Source of the DNA: Alphaproteobacteria bacterium
GTDB taxonomy: Bacteria > Pseudomonadota > Alphaproteobacteria > Bin95
DNA: 64,000 bases
NCBI GenBank assembly: GCA_963665325.3
Contig: OZ224045.1
Location: 576,001 to 640,000 of the forward strand
Direction: 5' to 3'
In this document: in pieces, positions 1-8,911 of the stretch
How positions within the stretch are numbered: position 1 is the stretch's first letter
How the letters are laid out: every line of letters begins with the position of its first letter
Program-made: the position numbers and the translations under genes
Notes under the pieces: generated by a model
Database searches by the model: none
What the model was told of the DNA's origin: nothing
The model's input: only the letters and a program-made list of their open reading frames with translations

Positions 1-125
1 GTGGGCTCCCCTGCGTCCTCCCGGTACTGGATCTCGACGCCGACATGCACCGTGCCGTCGGTGGCGGTGAGCTTGCGAAGCCGCACCTTCTCGAGCGGCG
101 GCACGAGCTTCACGGTATCGCTCAT
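1..125 (-). CDS. Hypothetical protein, N-terminal part only (MSDTVKLVPPLEKVRLRKLTATDGTVHVGVEIQYRE...), runs off the window
   Basis: ATG at 125, open to position 1, GC3-rich codons; no family recognised. Confidence 0.5.
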   Translation of the reverse strand, partial: MSDTVKLVPPLEKVRLRKLTATDGTVHVGVEIQYREDAGEP

Positions 126-723
126 CGCGCGGAGTCGCCCCGGGCTGCCGTCACCGGCAGGTCCTCGTACCGATCCGGACCAGATCGCCGCCCGGCGTCG
201 AGAGTCGCCATGATGAAATCGCCCGGAGGTCTCATGTCGTTGGCCTGACGACGATATGACGCTCGCCATGCGTGAGCCCGCAGGCGCCGTCGTGCCCTCG
301 GGCGTCGGTGTCGCCCGCGCAACCGGCGCAGCGAACCGCGGCCGTGGCGAAGGCGGTTGAGCGAAGCATGGCCACGACTATACCGCCCAATCGGTGGCGT
401 TCGACAGCGGCGCGGCCAATCCCTTCGAGAGAGAGGCGGAGCCCGACATCGTTCCTGGGCTCGGCCCGCTTGATGTGGATGCGTGTCGTGACGTCCGCCC
501 CTCGGGTGCGTCCGACCCGGCGCCGGCTGAGCGTCGGTCGGCGATGGTGGTCAAGGTGTGCGTCGCGCGGCGTTCGCTCTCTGTCGGCGTTCATTGTATT
601 GATTTGCCGCCGGGTTCGGTTTACGGTTTGCGCAAGTGGGACAGGCGATGCTTGGCGGGATTGTGTGCGGCGTCGGACGGGGCGCGGGACGGTCAGCCGG
701 GCGACAGGTTCGGAGGCGACACG

Positions 724-1011
724 ATGACCATGACGGACAAGACGCGTGACGTGCTGCGCGCGACGGGAGCGAGTGTTCTGGAGGCGCTGGGTCTGGACGG
801 CAAGGCGAACGAACTGTTTTCGTCCGGGGGGTTGACAAGCGCCGCTGAGGGTTCCGACAGTATAATGGTCGCCGGGTCGCCGGGTCGCCGGGTCGCCGGG
901 TCGCCGGGTCGCCGGGTCGCCGGGTCGCCGGGTCGCCGGGTCGCCGGGTCGCCGGGTCGCCGGGTCGCCGGGTCGCCGGGTCGCTCCACCTGCGTCTGCA
1001 CGCCGGCATGA
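724..1011 (+). CDS. 95-aa leader ORF containing the tandem repeat (VAGSPGRR)n; its stop overlaps the adhesin start (ATGA)
   Basis: GGAGG at 712-716, 7 nt before ATG 724; TGA 1009-1011 overlaps ATG 1008. Confidence 0.6.
   Translation: MTMTDKTRDVLRATGASVLEALGLDGKANELFSSGGLTSAAEGSDSIMVAGSPGRRVAGSPGRRVAGSPGRRVAGSPGRRVAGSPGRSTCVCTPA
867..984 (+). repeat. Perfect tandem repeat (GGTCGCCG) x14 plus 6 bp
   Basis: Read directly from the sequence. Confidence 0.98.
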
Positions 1012-4000
1012 GCGCGTTTGCATGGCTGCGCCGGCCGGGCCGTCCATCCTCCCCGCCTGAGACTTCCTCCTCCGCCGGCGGGCGCTGCGCGTCCCGCCGG
1101 CCGCATTCTTCCTCCGACAGTTTCGGTCTTTCCTCCGCCCGCGCCGCAGCGGGGGCGCGTCCATTATCCCGCCATCTGCGCCACGGCCTCGCCGCGGCGC
1201 TGCTGAGCCTTCCGCTGCTCGCCGGTCTGGCGACCGGGGCCGTAGCGCAAACGCCTCTCGCCGACAGAATCGTCCCGCCGGCCACCCTGACGGTCAATGA
1301 GGGCGACGGAAACATCGACATCACCCTGCCGGGGAAGCCTGGATATGATGAGGACGATATGCATATCAGTTCCACGACCGGCAGTGCCACTCGCGGCACC
1401 GGCAGCGTTTGCCAAGCTGGAGAGGATTTTCTCCTTCCCAGTACGAATTCGCATAGCATTAATGTCAGAATTGCGGACACAAGTCACACATTCAGCGGAT
1501 TCACCATGTGTGACGACAGCGACGATGAAACCGACGAGACATTTACGGCGCGTTGGCAGTCAACCGCCGGTTCTCCCTTCAACAGCAATGCCGCGAATTG
1601 CGCATCCACATCGTCTTGCACCAGCGAAATCACCATTCGCGACAACGACCCCACGGTGGTGACTCTCGCCCGCGTGGGCAGCGGCGCGGTGACCGAGGGC
1701 GGCAGGGTCGAGTTCACGGTGACGCTGGGCCGCGCGCTGGTGGCGGGCGAGACGATCGACGTGCCGCTGTCGATCTCCGGCACAGGGGTGACCACCGGCG
1801 ACTGGAGCCTGGGGGCGAAGTCCGGTGCGGCCAACACGGGCGTCGGCCTGCGCGATGTCGGCACGGCGACCCCGAAGGTGCGCTTTTCCGGTGCGGGCGC
1901 GCAGACGGCGACGCTGGAGCTGACGCCGACGAATGAAGGCACGACGGAGGGCGCGGAGACCTTCACCGTCGCGCTCGGCTCGAACACCGCCTTCGACGCC
2001 GCCGCGCTCGGCACCGATGTGGGCGGCGGCGCGGACCCGCATGGCACGGCCAACGCTTTCACCGTGGTCGTGAACGACGGCGGCGCGGCTCCGCTCGCCG
2101 CCAAGCCGTCCACGGTACGCGAGGGGGGTGTCAGTTTTGTCACCGTCACCGGTTTTCCGTCCAGCTGGGGCGCGCCCCGGATAAGGTCCCTTGCCGGCGC
2201 CACGGCGTCGCTCAGGTGCGACCATGCCGATGACGGGCTGCCCAACCTTTTTAACAACCTCGATGTCTGCGTCGGCCTGGCCGACGGCACCCGCACCCTG
2301 GGGCATTGGGACGGCGTCGCGTACAGGCTGACGCTGACCGTGGTGGCCGACGGCGTGGCCGAGAACGAAAGCCTCACGGTGACGTTCGAGGATTCGACCG
2401 ACGCCAGCAGGACCAGGACGGCCGACATCGCGCTCGACGACAGGTCGCCCCTGCCGTTCATCAGCCTCGAAGCGGTTGTCGGCACCAATCCCGGCGACGT
2501 GGTTTCCCCGTCCCCGCATGCCGTCACGGAGGGGGGTGCGTTCAACCTCCGGGTGAAGATGGATCCCTGGTTCAGGCTGGCCACTCCGGTCACCGTGAAC
2601 TACTACCTCGCCGACTACCACGGCGAGCGTGTGGTCCGGGGGCCGAGCCTCACGGATCCGAAGCGGGATCGGGACCCCAACCCCCGGAGCATCGAGATCT
2701 TGGCCGGGCAATCCGCTACGGTCATTCACATACCGACCGTGGCGAGCCCCGACCTCGATGGCGACAGCAAGGTGGAGGTCATCCTGCTGGGCGGCAGGGA
2801 CTATGCGACCAGCACGGGCAAGCTGACGCTCACGGTCCAGGACGCGGACCCGGTCACGAACATAGACGACAACACGCGGGCGCAGATGCTGGCCACGCCC
2901 TCGACGCTGACGCTCGGCGCCGATGCGGCTTCGGTGACGGAGGGCGGCGAGGTGACCTTCACGGTCACGGCCGCCCCGGCGCCGGGCTACGACCTCCCGG
3001 TGCACCTGGGCGCGTCGGAGGAGATGGGCGCGGGCCTGGACTATATCGGGCTCGAACGGGCCCGCACGGTGACGATCCCGGCGGGCGCGACCTCGGCGGC
3101 CTGGACGGTCACGACCTGGTCGGACGACAAGCAGCGCGCCGACGGCACGGTGGTGGCCCGGATCAAGCCGGGCGACGGCTACACGGCGGGCACGCCGTCG
3201 ACGGTCACCGTGGCCCTGCTCGACGACGACGCGCCGGCGCTGGACCCGTCGCTGGTGGCGCAGGTCAGAATACTTGCGGGGCAGACCCATAACGGCGCGG
3301 CGCATGTCCTGCGCTGGCGGCGGGTGCTGGTGGCGTTCGGGGTGGAGGCGTATCCGGGCGTGACGGCGATGACGGCGGCGCAAGCCGAGGCGAATGCCCG
3401 TCGCTACAGCAGCCCGCTCTGGCCCCGGATCGCGGAGGCGATCGGGGCGATCGGGGCGGCGGGGAGCGACCCCGCGCCGCAGCAGGCCGCGACGCAGCAG
3501 GCCGCACCGGCGGTGGACCCGGCGCTGGTTGCGCTGGTCAGGAGCTACGCGGCGGAGACCCATAACGGCGCGGCGCATGTGGAACGCTGGATGCGCGTGC
3601 TCGCGGCTTTCGGCGAAGACAACGGCCGTGCGCCGATGACGGCGGCGGAGGCGCGGACCTATGCCGACCGGGGCTGGACACGCTGGGACCCGGTGGTCGT
3701 GGCGATCGCGGCGCTGGAAGCGGCGCCCGAGCCGGAGCCGCAGCCCGTAATCCCGCCGGCGGTGAGCGTCGCGGCCGGGGAGGCGGTCTCCGAAGGCGGC
3801 GGCGCGGTGTTCACGCTCACGGCGGCGCCGGCCCCGGCATCGCCGCTGGCGGTCGAGGTGACGGTTGGCGCCGAGGGCGACTTCGGCATTGCCGCCGGCG
3901 CGCGGACGGTGACCGTTCCGACGAGCGGCAGCCTCGTGCTGACCCTGGCGACGGTCGATGACGGTACGGACGAGCCGGACGGCTCGGTGAGCGTGACCCT

Positions 4001-6332
4001 GAACGGCGGCGACGGCTACACGGTCGGTTCCCCGGCATCGGGCGCCGTCGCCGTGACGGACGACGACCTGCCGCCGCCGGTGGTCTCGGTGACGGCGAAG
4101 GCCGGCTCCATTACCGAGGGGGCGGGCGCGGTGTTCACGGTGACGGCGGACCGGGCGCCGGATGCGGCGCTTGCGGTGCGGCTCACGGTCTCGGAGGAAG
4201 CGGGCAGCGACTTCGTGGCCGCGGGCGACGAGGGCGGTCGCACGGTGACCATCCCGGCCGGCACGACCGGGGTTGCGCTCACCGTGGCGACGGACGACGA
4301 CGCGGCGGACGAGCCCGACGGCTCGGTGAGCGCGGCGGTGGATGCCGGCGCGGGCTACACGGTGGCGGCGTCTCCGGGGGATACGGCCTCGGTCGCGGTG
4401 GCCGACAACGACGCGGCGGCCACCGGGGCGTCGCTCTCGGTGGACGACGCGACGGTGAAGGAAGGCGCGGGGCTGATGTGGTTCACGCTCCGGCTGAGCG
4501 CGCCGTCGGAGCGGGCGGTGCGGGTGTCGTACCGGACCCGGGAGTCGAGCCCGGTGTCGGCGCGGCAGGGCCGGGACTACCTTGCCGCCGGCTGGCATCT
4601 CTACTTCCAGCCGGGCGAGACCGAGAAGCGGGTGTGGGTCTGGGTCTACGACGACAGCCATGACGAGGACCCGGAGACGTTCGAGTTCGTGCTGACGGAG
4701 GCGACGGTGGTGCCGATCGCGGACGGCGTGGCGGTGGGGACGATCGTGAACGACGACCCGCTGCCGGCGGCGTTCCTGGCGCGCTTCGGGCGCACGGTGG
4801 CGGAGCAGGCGCTGGACGGCATCGCGGGGCGCATGGCGGCCCCGCGCAACCCCGGCATGCAGGGGACGCTGGCCGGGCAGGCGCTCAACTTCGACCCGGC
4901 CGCCGGCCGGCCGGCAGCGGGCGCAGCGCCCGGCGCAACGCCGGCGGACCGCGATACGGCGCTGGCCATGGCCGACATCGCGCGCGGCTTCGGTGCGGAT
5001 GCGTCCGCCGCGGTATCGCCGGGCGGCGACCGGTTCGGCGACGCCCGTGCCGGCACGTCCCTGGCGCAGACCCGTTCGATGACGGCGCGCGACGCGCTGC
5101 TCGGATCGAGCTTCTCGCTGACCGGTCAAGCGGACGGCTCGGGCGGCAGCCTGGCGTTCTGGGGCCGGGCGGCGCAGGGCGGCTTCGACGGCCGCGAGGG
5201 GACGTTCTCGCTCGACGGCGCGGTCACCACGGGCATGCTCGGCGCGGACTACGCGCGCGGCAAGTGGCTGGTGGGCCTGGCGCTCGCGCAGAGCGCGGGC
5301 GAGGGCGACTACCGCGACACCGGGGTCAGTCCCCGTCCCGACGGCCAGAGCTGTCCCGACGGCGTGGACGCCGAACTGTGCGGCGGCGCCGTGCGCGCGG
5401 GCGACGGCAAGGTGGAGGCGTCGCTGACGGCGGCGATCCCCTATGCGGCGTTGCAGGCCTCGGAGCGCCTGAAGCTCTGGGGCGCGGCGGGCTACGGCAC
5501 GGGCGAGGTGACGCTGAAGACCGCGCTGGGCGACAGCTACAGCTCCGACACCGCCTGGAGCATGGCGGCGGCGGGGCTCAGGGGCGACCTGCTGGCGCCC
5601 CCCGCGGAAGGCGGCGGCCCGGCGCTGGCGCTCACTTCGGACGCCCTGTGGACGCGGACCTCGTCTGAGAAGACCCGCGACCTCGCGGCCTCGGACTCCG
5701 ACGCGACCCGGCTCAGGCTCGGGCTGGAGGGCAGCTGGCGGTTCGCGATGGAGGGCGGCGGGTCTCTGGTGCCGAAGCTGGAGATCGGCGCGCGCCATGA
5801 CGGCGGCGATGCCGAGACCGGCTTCGGGGTCGAGCTCGGCGGCGGGATCGCGTGGAGCGACCCGGCGCTCGGTCTCTCGCTCGACGTCTCGGGCCGCACG
5901 CTGCTGGCGCACGAGAACGACGACCTGAAGGACCGGGGCTATGCGGCCTCGCTGGCCTTCGATCCCGCTCCGGCGACGCAGCGGGGTCCGTCGCTCAACC
6001 TGCGCCAGGAGTTCGGCGGGCAGGCGCAGGGCGGGCTCGACGCGCTGTTCCAGCCGGCGACGCTGGAGGACCGCACGGGCAGTGAGGCGACCTCCCGCTG
6101 GGCGATGGAAGCCGCGTACGGCTTCCCGGCCTTCGGCGGGCGCTGGACCGGCAGCCCGCATGTGGGGCTGGGGCTCGCCACCGGCGCGCGCGACTACAGC
6201 CTCGGCTGGCGGCTGACGCCGGAGGCCGCGAACGCGCCCGACCTGTCGTTCGGCCTCCGGGCGACCCGCCGGGAGAGCGATACGGCGCAGGCGGAGCACA
6301 CCGTGGGGTTCGAGGTCCGCGCGCGCTGGTAA
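1008..6332 (+). CDS. Large autotransporter-like adhesin: signal peptide, Calx-beta/Ig-like repeats, duplicated helical domain, C-terminal beta-barrel
   Basis: Signal-like RHGLAAALLSLPLLAGLATGAVA-Q; repeated V.EG...F.V.L and DD..DE.DG.V motifs; barrel region with RHDGGDAETGFGVELGGG; terminal W. Confidence 0.85.
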   Translation: MSAFAWLRRPGRPSSPPETSSSAGGRCASRRPHSSSDSFGLSSARAAAGARPLSRHLRHGLAAALLSLPLLAGLATGAVAQTPLADRIVPPATLTVNEGDGNIDITLPGKPGYDEDDMHISSTTGSATRGTGSVCQAGEDFLLPSTNSHSINVRIADTSHTFSGFTMCDDSDDETDETFTARWQSTAGSPFNSNAANCASTSSCTSEITIRDNDPTVVTLARVGSGAVTEGGRVEFTVTLGRALVAGETIDVPLSISGTGVTTGDWSLGAKSGAANTGVGLRDVGTATPKVRFSGAGAQTATLELTPTNEGTTEGAETFTVALGSNTAFDAAALGTDVGGGADPHGTANAFTVVVNDGGAAPLAAKPSTVREGGVSFVTVTGFPSSWGAPRIRSLAGATASLRCDHADDGLPNLFNNLDVCVGLADGTRTLGHWDGVAYRLTLTVVADGVAENESLTVTFEDSTDASRTRTADIALDDRSPLPFISLEAVVGTNPGDVVSPSPHAVTEGGAFNLRVKMDPWFRLATPVTVNYYLADYHGERVVRGPSLTDPKRDRDPNPRSIEILAGQSATVIHIPTVASPDLDGDSKVEVILLGGRDYATSTGKLTLTVQDADPVTNIDDNTRAQMLATPSTLTLGADAASVTEGGEVTFTVTAAPAPGYDLPVHLGASEEMGAGLDYIGLERARTVTIPAGATSAAWTVTTWSDDKQRADGTVVARIKPGDGYTAGTPSTVTVALLDDDAPALDPSLVAQVRILAGQTHNGAAHVLRWRRVLVAFGVEAYPGVTAMTAAQAEANARRYSSPLWPRIAEAIGAIGAAGSDPAPQQAATQQAAPAVDPALVALVRSYAAETHNGAAHVERWMRVLAAFGEDNGRAPMTAAEARTYADRGWTRWDPVVVAIAALEAAPEPEPQPVIPPAVSVAAGEAVSEGGGAVFTLTAAPAPASPLAVEVTVGAEGDFGIAAGARTVTVPTSGSLVLTLATVDDGTDEPDGSVSVTLNGGDGYTVGSPASGAVAVTDDDLPPPVVSVTAKAGSITEGAGAVFTVTADRAPDAALAVRLTVSEEAGSDFVAAGDEGGRTVTIPAGTTGVALTVATDDDAADEPDGSVSAAVDAGAGYTVAASPGDTASVAVADNDAAATGASLSVDDATVKEGAGLMWFTLRLSAPSERAVRVSYRTRESSPVSARQGRDYLAAGWHLYFQPGETEKRVWVWVYDDSHDEDPETFEFVLTEATVVPIADGVAVGTIVNDDPLPAAFLARFGRTVAEQALDGIAGRMAAPRNPGMQGTLAGQALNFDPAAGRPAAGAAPGATPADRDTALAMADIARGFGADASAAVSPGGDRFGDARAGTSLAQTRSMTARDALLGSSFSLTGQADGSGGSLAFWGRAAQGGFDGREGTFSLDGAVTTGMLGADYARGKWLVGLALAQSAGEGDYRDTGVSPRPDGQSCPDGVDAELCGGAVRAGDGKVEASLTAAIPYAALQASERLKLWGAAGYGTGEVTLKTALGDSYSSDTAWSMAAAGLRGDLLAPPAEGGGPALALTSDALWTRTSSEKTRDLAASDSDATRLRLGLEGSWRFAMEGGGSLVPKLEIGARHDGGDAETGFGVELGGGIAWSDPALGLSLDVSGRTLLAHENDDLKDRGYAASLAFDPAPATQRGPSLNLRQEFGGQAQGGLDALFQPATLEDRTGSEATSRWAMEAAYGFPAFGGRWTGSPHVGLGLATGARDYSLGWRLTPEAANAPDLSFGLRATRRESDTAQAEHTVGFEVRARW

Positions 6333-6419
6333 GCCATGGCGCGCGCCGATGACCGCTGCGGGCGCGGGGCGGGTCCCCGGCTGCGCGCCCGCCGGTAGGC
6401 GCCGGGCGGGGGCTCGGCG

Positions 6420-7219
6420 GTGGACCGCGGCGTGGCGGGGAAGCGGGGCGCGATCCGGGGGGCGCACGCCTGGGCCTACATGCGGCGCGACCCGCTCTAT
6501 CGCGCGGCGTGGGCGGCGCAGGCCGGCGCGGTGCGTTTCGAGTCGGCGGCATTCCCCATCAAGGTGCAGGGCGAGGCGGACCTGGCGGCGGAGGCATGGT
6601 CGCTGCTGGCCTGGGAGGATCCCGGACCGGCGGCGTGGCGCTCGCCGTTCTGGTCGGGCATTCCGATGCTCGTCGGCGAGCCCGACCCGGAGCCGTGGCC
6701 CGACCCCGCGCCGCTGCTGGGGATGCTGGCCGAGGCGGGGGCGCGGGTCGAGGGGCTGCGCCTGCTGAGCGGCCGTCTGGTGGTGAAGGCGGAGCTGGGC
6801 AACGCGGTGTTGCAGATCATGGTGCCGTCGGGCCGGGCGTTCGGCCCCGGTGACGGGATTATGGCGAAGCTCGGGCTGAGCCTGCCGCTGGAGGCGGCGG
6901 TGGGCCGGGTGGAGGATCTGTGGCGGGTGGCGGGCCGGCTGCCCCCTCCTCGGAGGAGCCGGGTCCGGGGGCGGAGCACGCGGAGCTGCTGAGGGTGCTG
7001 GACGCGCGGCTGGAGGCGGCGTCGGTGCAGGGGGTGGCGAAGGAGGTCCTGGGGGCGGACCGGTCGCAGAAGTGGGACACCGACGGCGGGGAGCGCTCGA
7101 AGGCGTATCGGCGCATCCGCAAGGCGAAGGCGTTCATGGAGGAGCGCTACCGGGAGTTTCTGGAGCCGGGCGGCGGGGGACGGCGCAGGCCCGCGAGGCG
7201 GCATTCCCGCGAGAGCTGA
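6420..7219 (+). pseudogene. fseA: FseA-like transcriptional activator (DUF6499 + DUF2285) split by a 1-nt frameshift near 6967-6971
   Basis: N-terminal AWAYMRRDPLYRAAW and LLAWEDP; the second frame gives LLRVLDARLEAASVQGVAKEVLG...W...RRIRKAKAFMEERYREFL; lies upstream of an rdfS-like gene. Confidence 0.75.
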
Positions 7220-7825
7220 GGGCGCGCGCCCCGCATGCCGATTCTCATCGTCTCATCGACTGCTGCCGATTTGCACGCCCGACGAGGGCGGTACGCGGTA
7301 TGCGGTATCGGCGGGGGACGCGCGCCGGAACCCTCGCTGACGGCACCGTCGGCACCACCGTGATGAGGTCTTCGACCGTCACCGGCGCGGGGCCACCCGG
7401 CAGATAGCCCGAGCCCGCCTCCACCGTGTCCGTCACCGGGCCGGAAGGCTCGTCGCCGGGGTCGGGGCCGTCATCGCCCGCCGGGGGCAACCGGTGACCG
7501 GGGCGTGGCCGCCGCACATTGCGTCTTTCACGCACTGCCTCTCCGGCTCGAGTCCCGGCACAGGCTCCCCGCTGGAGGGTTGCGCGCACCGTAACGGACG
7601 GTCGAGACGGCCCCCGCCCCCCGATCCTGCCGGCCCCGCGTTCGGACGCCGGTGCTTCCTGCTGCCGATATCCGCCCGACCGCTGCCGCGTCCGGCGCCG
7701 TCCGCCGGTCCGCTGCCGCGCCGGCGGTGTCGAGTCGCTTCCTCCTTTCCCGTTCCGCCCGCCCGGCGCGCGTCCTGCGCATGGCCGCGCTGGCCGCGTG
7801 CGGCCGCGCGAGGCCCCGTGTGGTG

Positions 7826-7884
7826 GGGTCGCGCAGGCGAATCTCAAATCGACCCTCCCCGCGGGCGCCCGGTCCCGGTTCAAT
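7826..7884 (+). promoter_or_regulatory. Candidate activator-dependent promoter of the rdfS-tra operon: inverted repeat GGGTCG-N18-CGACCC abutting a poor -35, with -10 TTCAAT (7879-7884)
   Basis: IR at 7826-7831/7850-7855; layout resembles the FseA box upstream of PrdfS. Confidence 0.45.
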
Positions 7885-7955
7885 CGCGGGACAGGCCGAC
7901 GGCGCCGAGGGGCGGCGTCGCGGCGGGGCGGAGCGGGAAGCCGAGGAGGACTGCG

Positions 7956-8270
7956 ATGAACGACGAACGCAACTACCTGTCGACGTGCGAGGCGGCCGAG
8001 TACCTGGGGCTGTCGGCGCGCACGCTCAGGCGCTACCGGGTCACGGGCGACGGGCCGGTGTTCCACCGTTTCGGCGCCCGGGTGCGCTACCGGCGCGAGG
8101 ATCTCGACGCCTGGGCGGCGGCGCGGAGGCGGTTGTCGACCGTCGACGACGGCAGCGCGCTGCCGGCCCCGCGCGCGCCCGTCTCCCGCGCTCCCCGCCC
8201 GCGAGCCGGAACTCGCAGGGCGCGGGGGAAGGAGGAGGCCAGGGCCGACGATCCGGGAGCAACGCCATGA
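7956..8270 (+). CDS. rdfS: RdfS-like excisionase / recombination directionality factor (MerR-like winged HTH)
   Basis: GAGGAGGA RBS; YLSTCEAAEYLGLSARTLRRYRVTGDGPVFHRFGARVRYRREDLDAW. Confidence 0.85.
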   Translation: MNDERNYLSTCEAAEYLGLSARTLRRYRVTGDGPVFHRFGARVRYRREDLDAWAAARRRLSTVDDGSALPAPRAPVSRAPRPRAGTRRARGKEEARADDPGATP

Positions 8271-8608
8271 AGGGCGCGGCGGCGACGCCGGTGCCCGGCA
8301 CGGGTCCCTCCGGCGCCGCATGGCGCGGGGCGGCCGTCCTCGCGTTGACGGCCGCATCCGTGCTGGCCGGCCCGGATGCAGCGCTGGCGACCACGGACAC
8401 GACCTTCGACGCCCCGCTCGACACGGTGCAGGACATCGTCGGCGGCAGCGGCGGGCAGCTGGCGGCGGCGCTGGCGGTGGGCGCCGCCCTGGTGGGCTCG
8501 GTGCTGCGCTTCAACGCCATGCAGCTGATGGGCGCGGTGGGCGTCGGCATCGCCGCGGGCGCGGGCACCGGCATCGTCACCGGCCTGGTCGGCTCGGCGA
8601 TCGTCTGA
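8267..8608 (+). CDS. traA: Conjugative pilin precursor (TraA-like)
   Basis: Signal peptide plus two hydrophobic helices; first gene before traL; ATGA overlap with rdfS. Confidence 0.75.
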   Translation: MKGAAATPVPGTGPSGAAWRGAAVLALTAASVLAGPDAALATTDTTFDAPLDTVQDIVGGSGGQLAAALAVGAALVGSVLRFNAMQLMGAVGVGIAAGAGTGIVTGLVGSAIV

Positions 8609-8901
8609 TGAACGACACCGCCCGCCACACCATTCCCCGGCGTCTCGACGATCCGGAGCGCTGGCTGTTCTGGACCGTCGACGAGGCCGCCGCGCTGATG
8701 GGCCCGGCGCTGCTCGGTCTGGCCGCCAACCAGTTCGTGACCGGGCTGGTCGCGGGCGTGGGCGGCTGGCTGCTGCTGCGCCGGGTGAAGCGCGGCGGCG
8801 GGGCCAACATCGCGCGCTACGCGCTCTACTGGTTCCTGCCGGACTTCGTGCTGCGGCTCAGGGCGACGCCGCCGAGCCATCTCCGGCGCTTCGCGGGCTG
8901 A
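8608..8901 (+). CDS. traL: F-type pilus assembly protein TraL
   Basis: IPRRLDDPERWLFWTVDE and YWFLP...PPSHLRRF motifs. Confidence 0.9.
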   Translation: MNDTARHTIPRRLDDPERWLFWTVDEAAALMGPALLGLAANQFVTGLVAGVGGWLLLRRVKRGGGANIARYALYWFLPDFVLRLRATPPSHLRRFAG

Positions 8902-8911
8902 GGCGGGAAGG

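Noticed and set aside
394-723. GTG-initiated N-terminal extension of the leader ORF
   Set aside because: No RBS, atypical codons and a probable promoter region; ATG 724 has a clear GGAGG.
867-984. Tandem repeat as a CRISPR array
   Set aside because: The 8-bp units are contiguous with no spacers, and no cas genes are present.
232-1480. Minus-strand ORFs containing (PGDPATRR)n
   Set aside because: These are stop-free shadows of the repeat; the RBS-supported frame is on the plus strand.
1560-6467. 1635-aa antisense ORF, and similar long antisense ORFs over traC, traI and the integrases
   Set aside because: Arg/Gly/Pro-rich shadow frames typical of high-GC coding DNA, with no motifs.
1008-7500. 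DGR or shufflon diversifying the adhesin
   Set aside because: No reverse transcriptase, template/variable repeat pair or repeated inversion sites were seen.
7836-7863. Canonical Mesorhizobium GGCGAA-N16-TTCGCC FseA box
   Set aside because: Only the GGCGAA half is present; the overlapping GGGTCG/CGACCC IR is reported instead.
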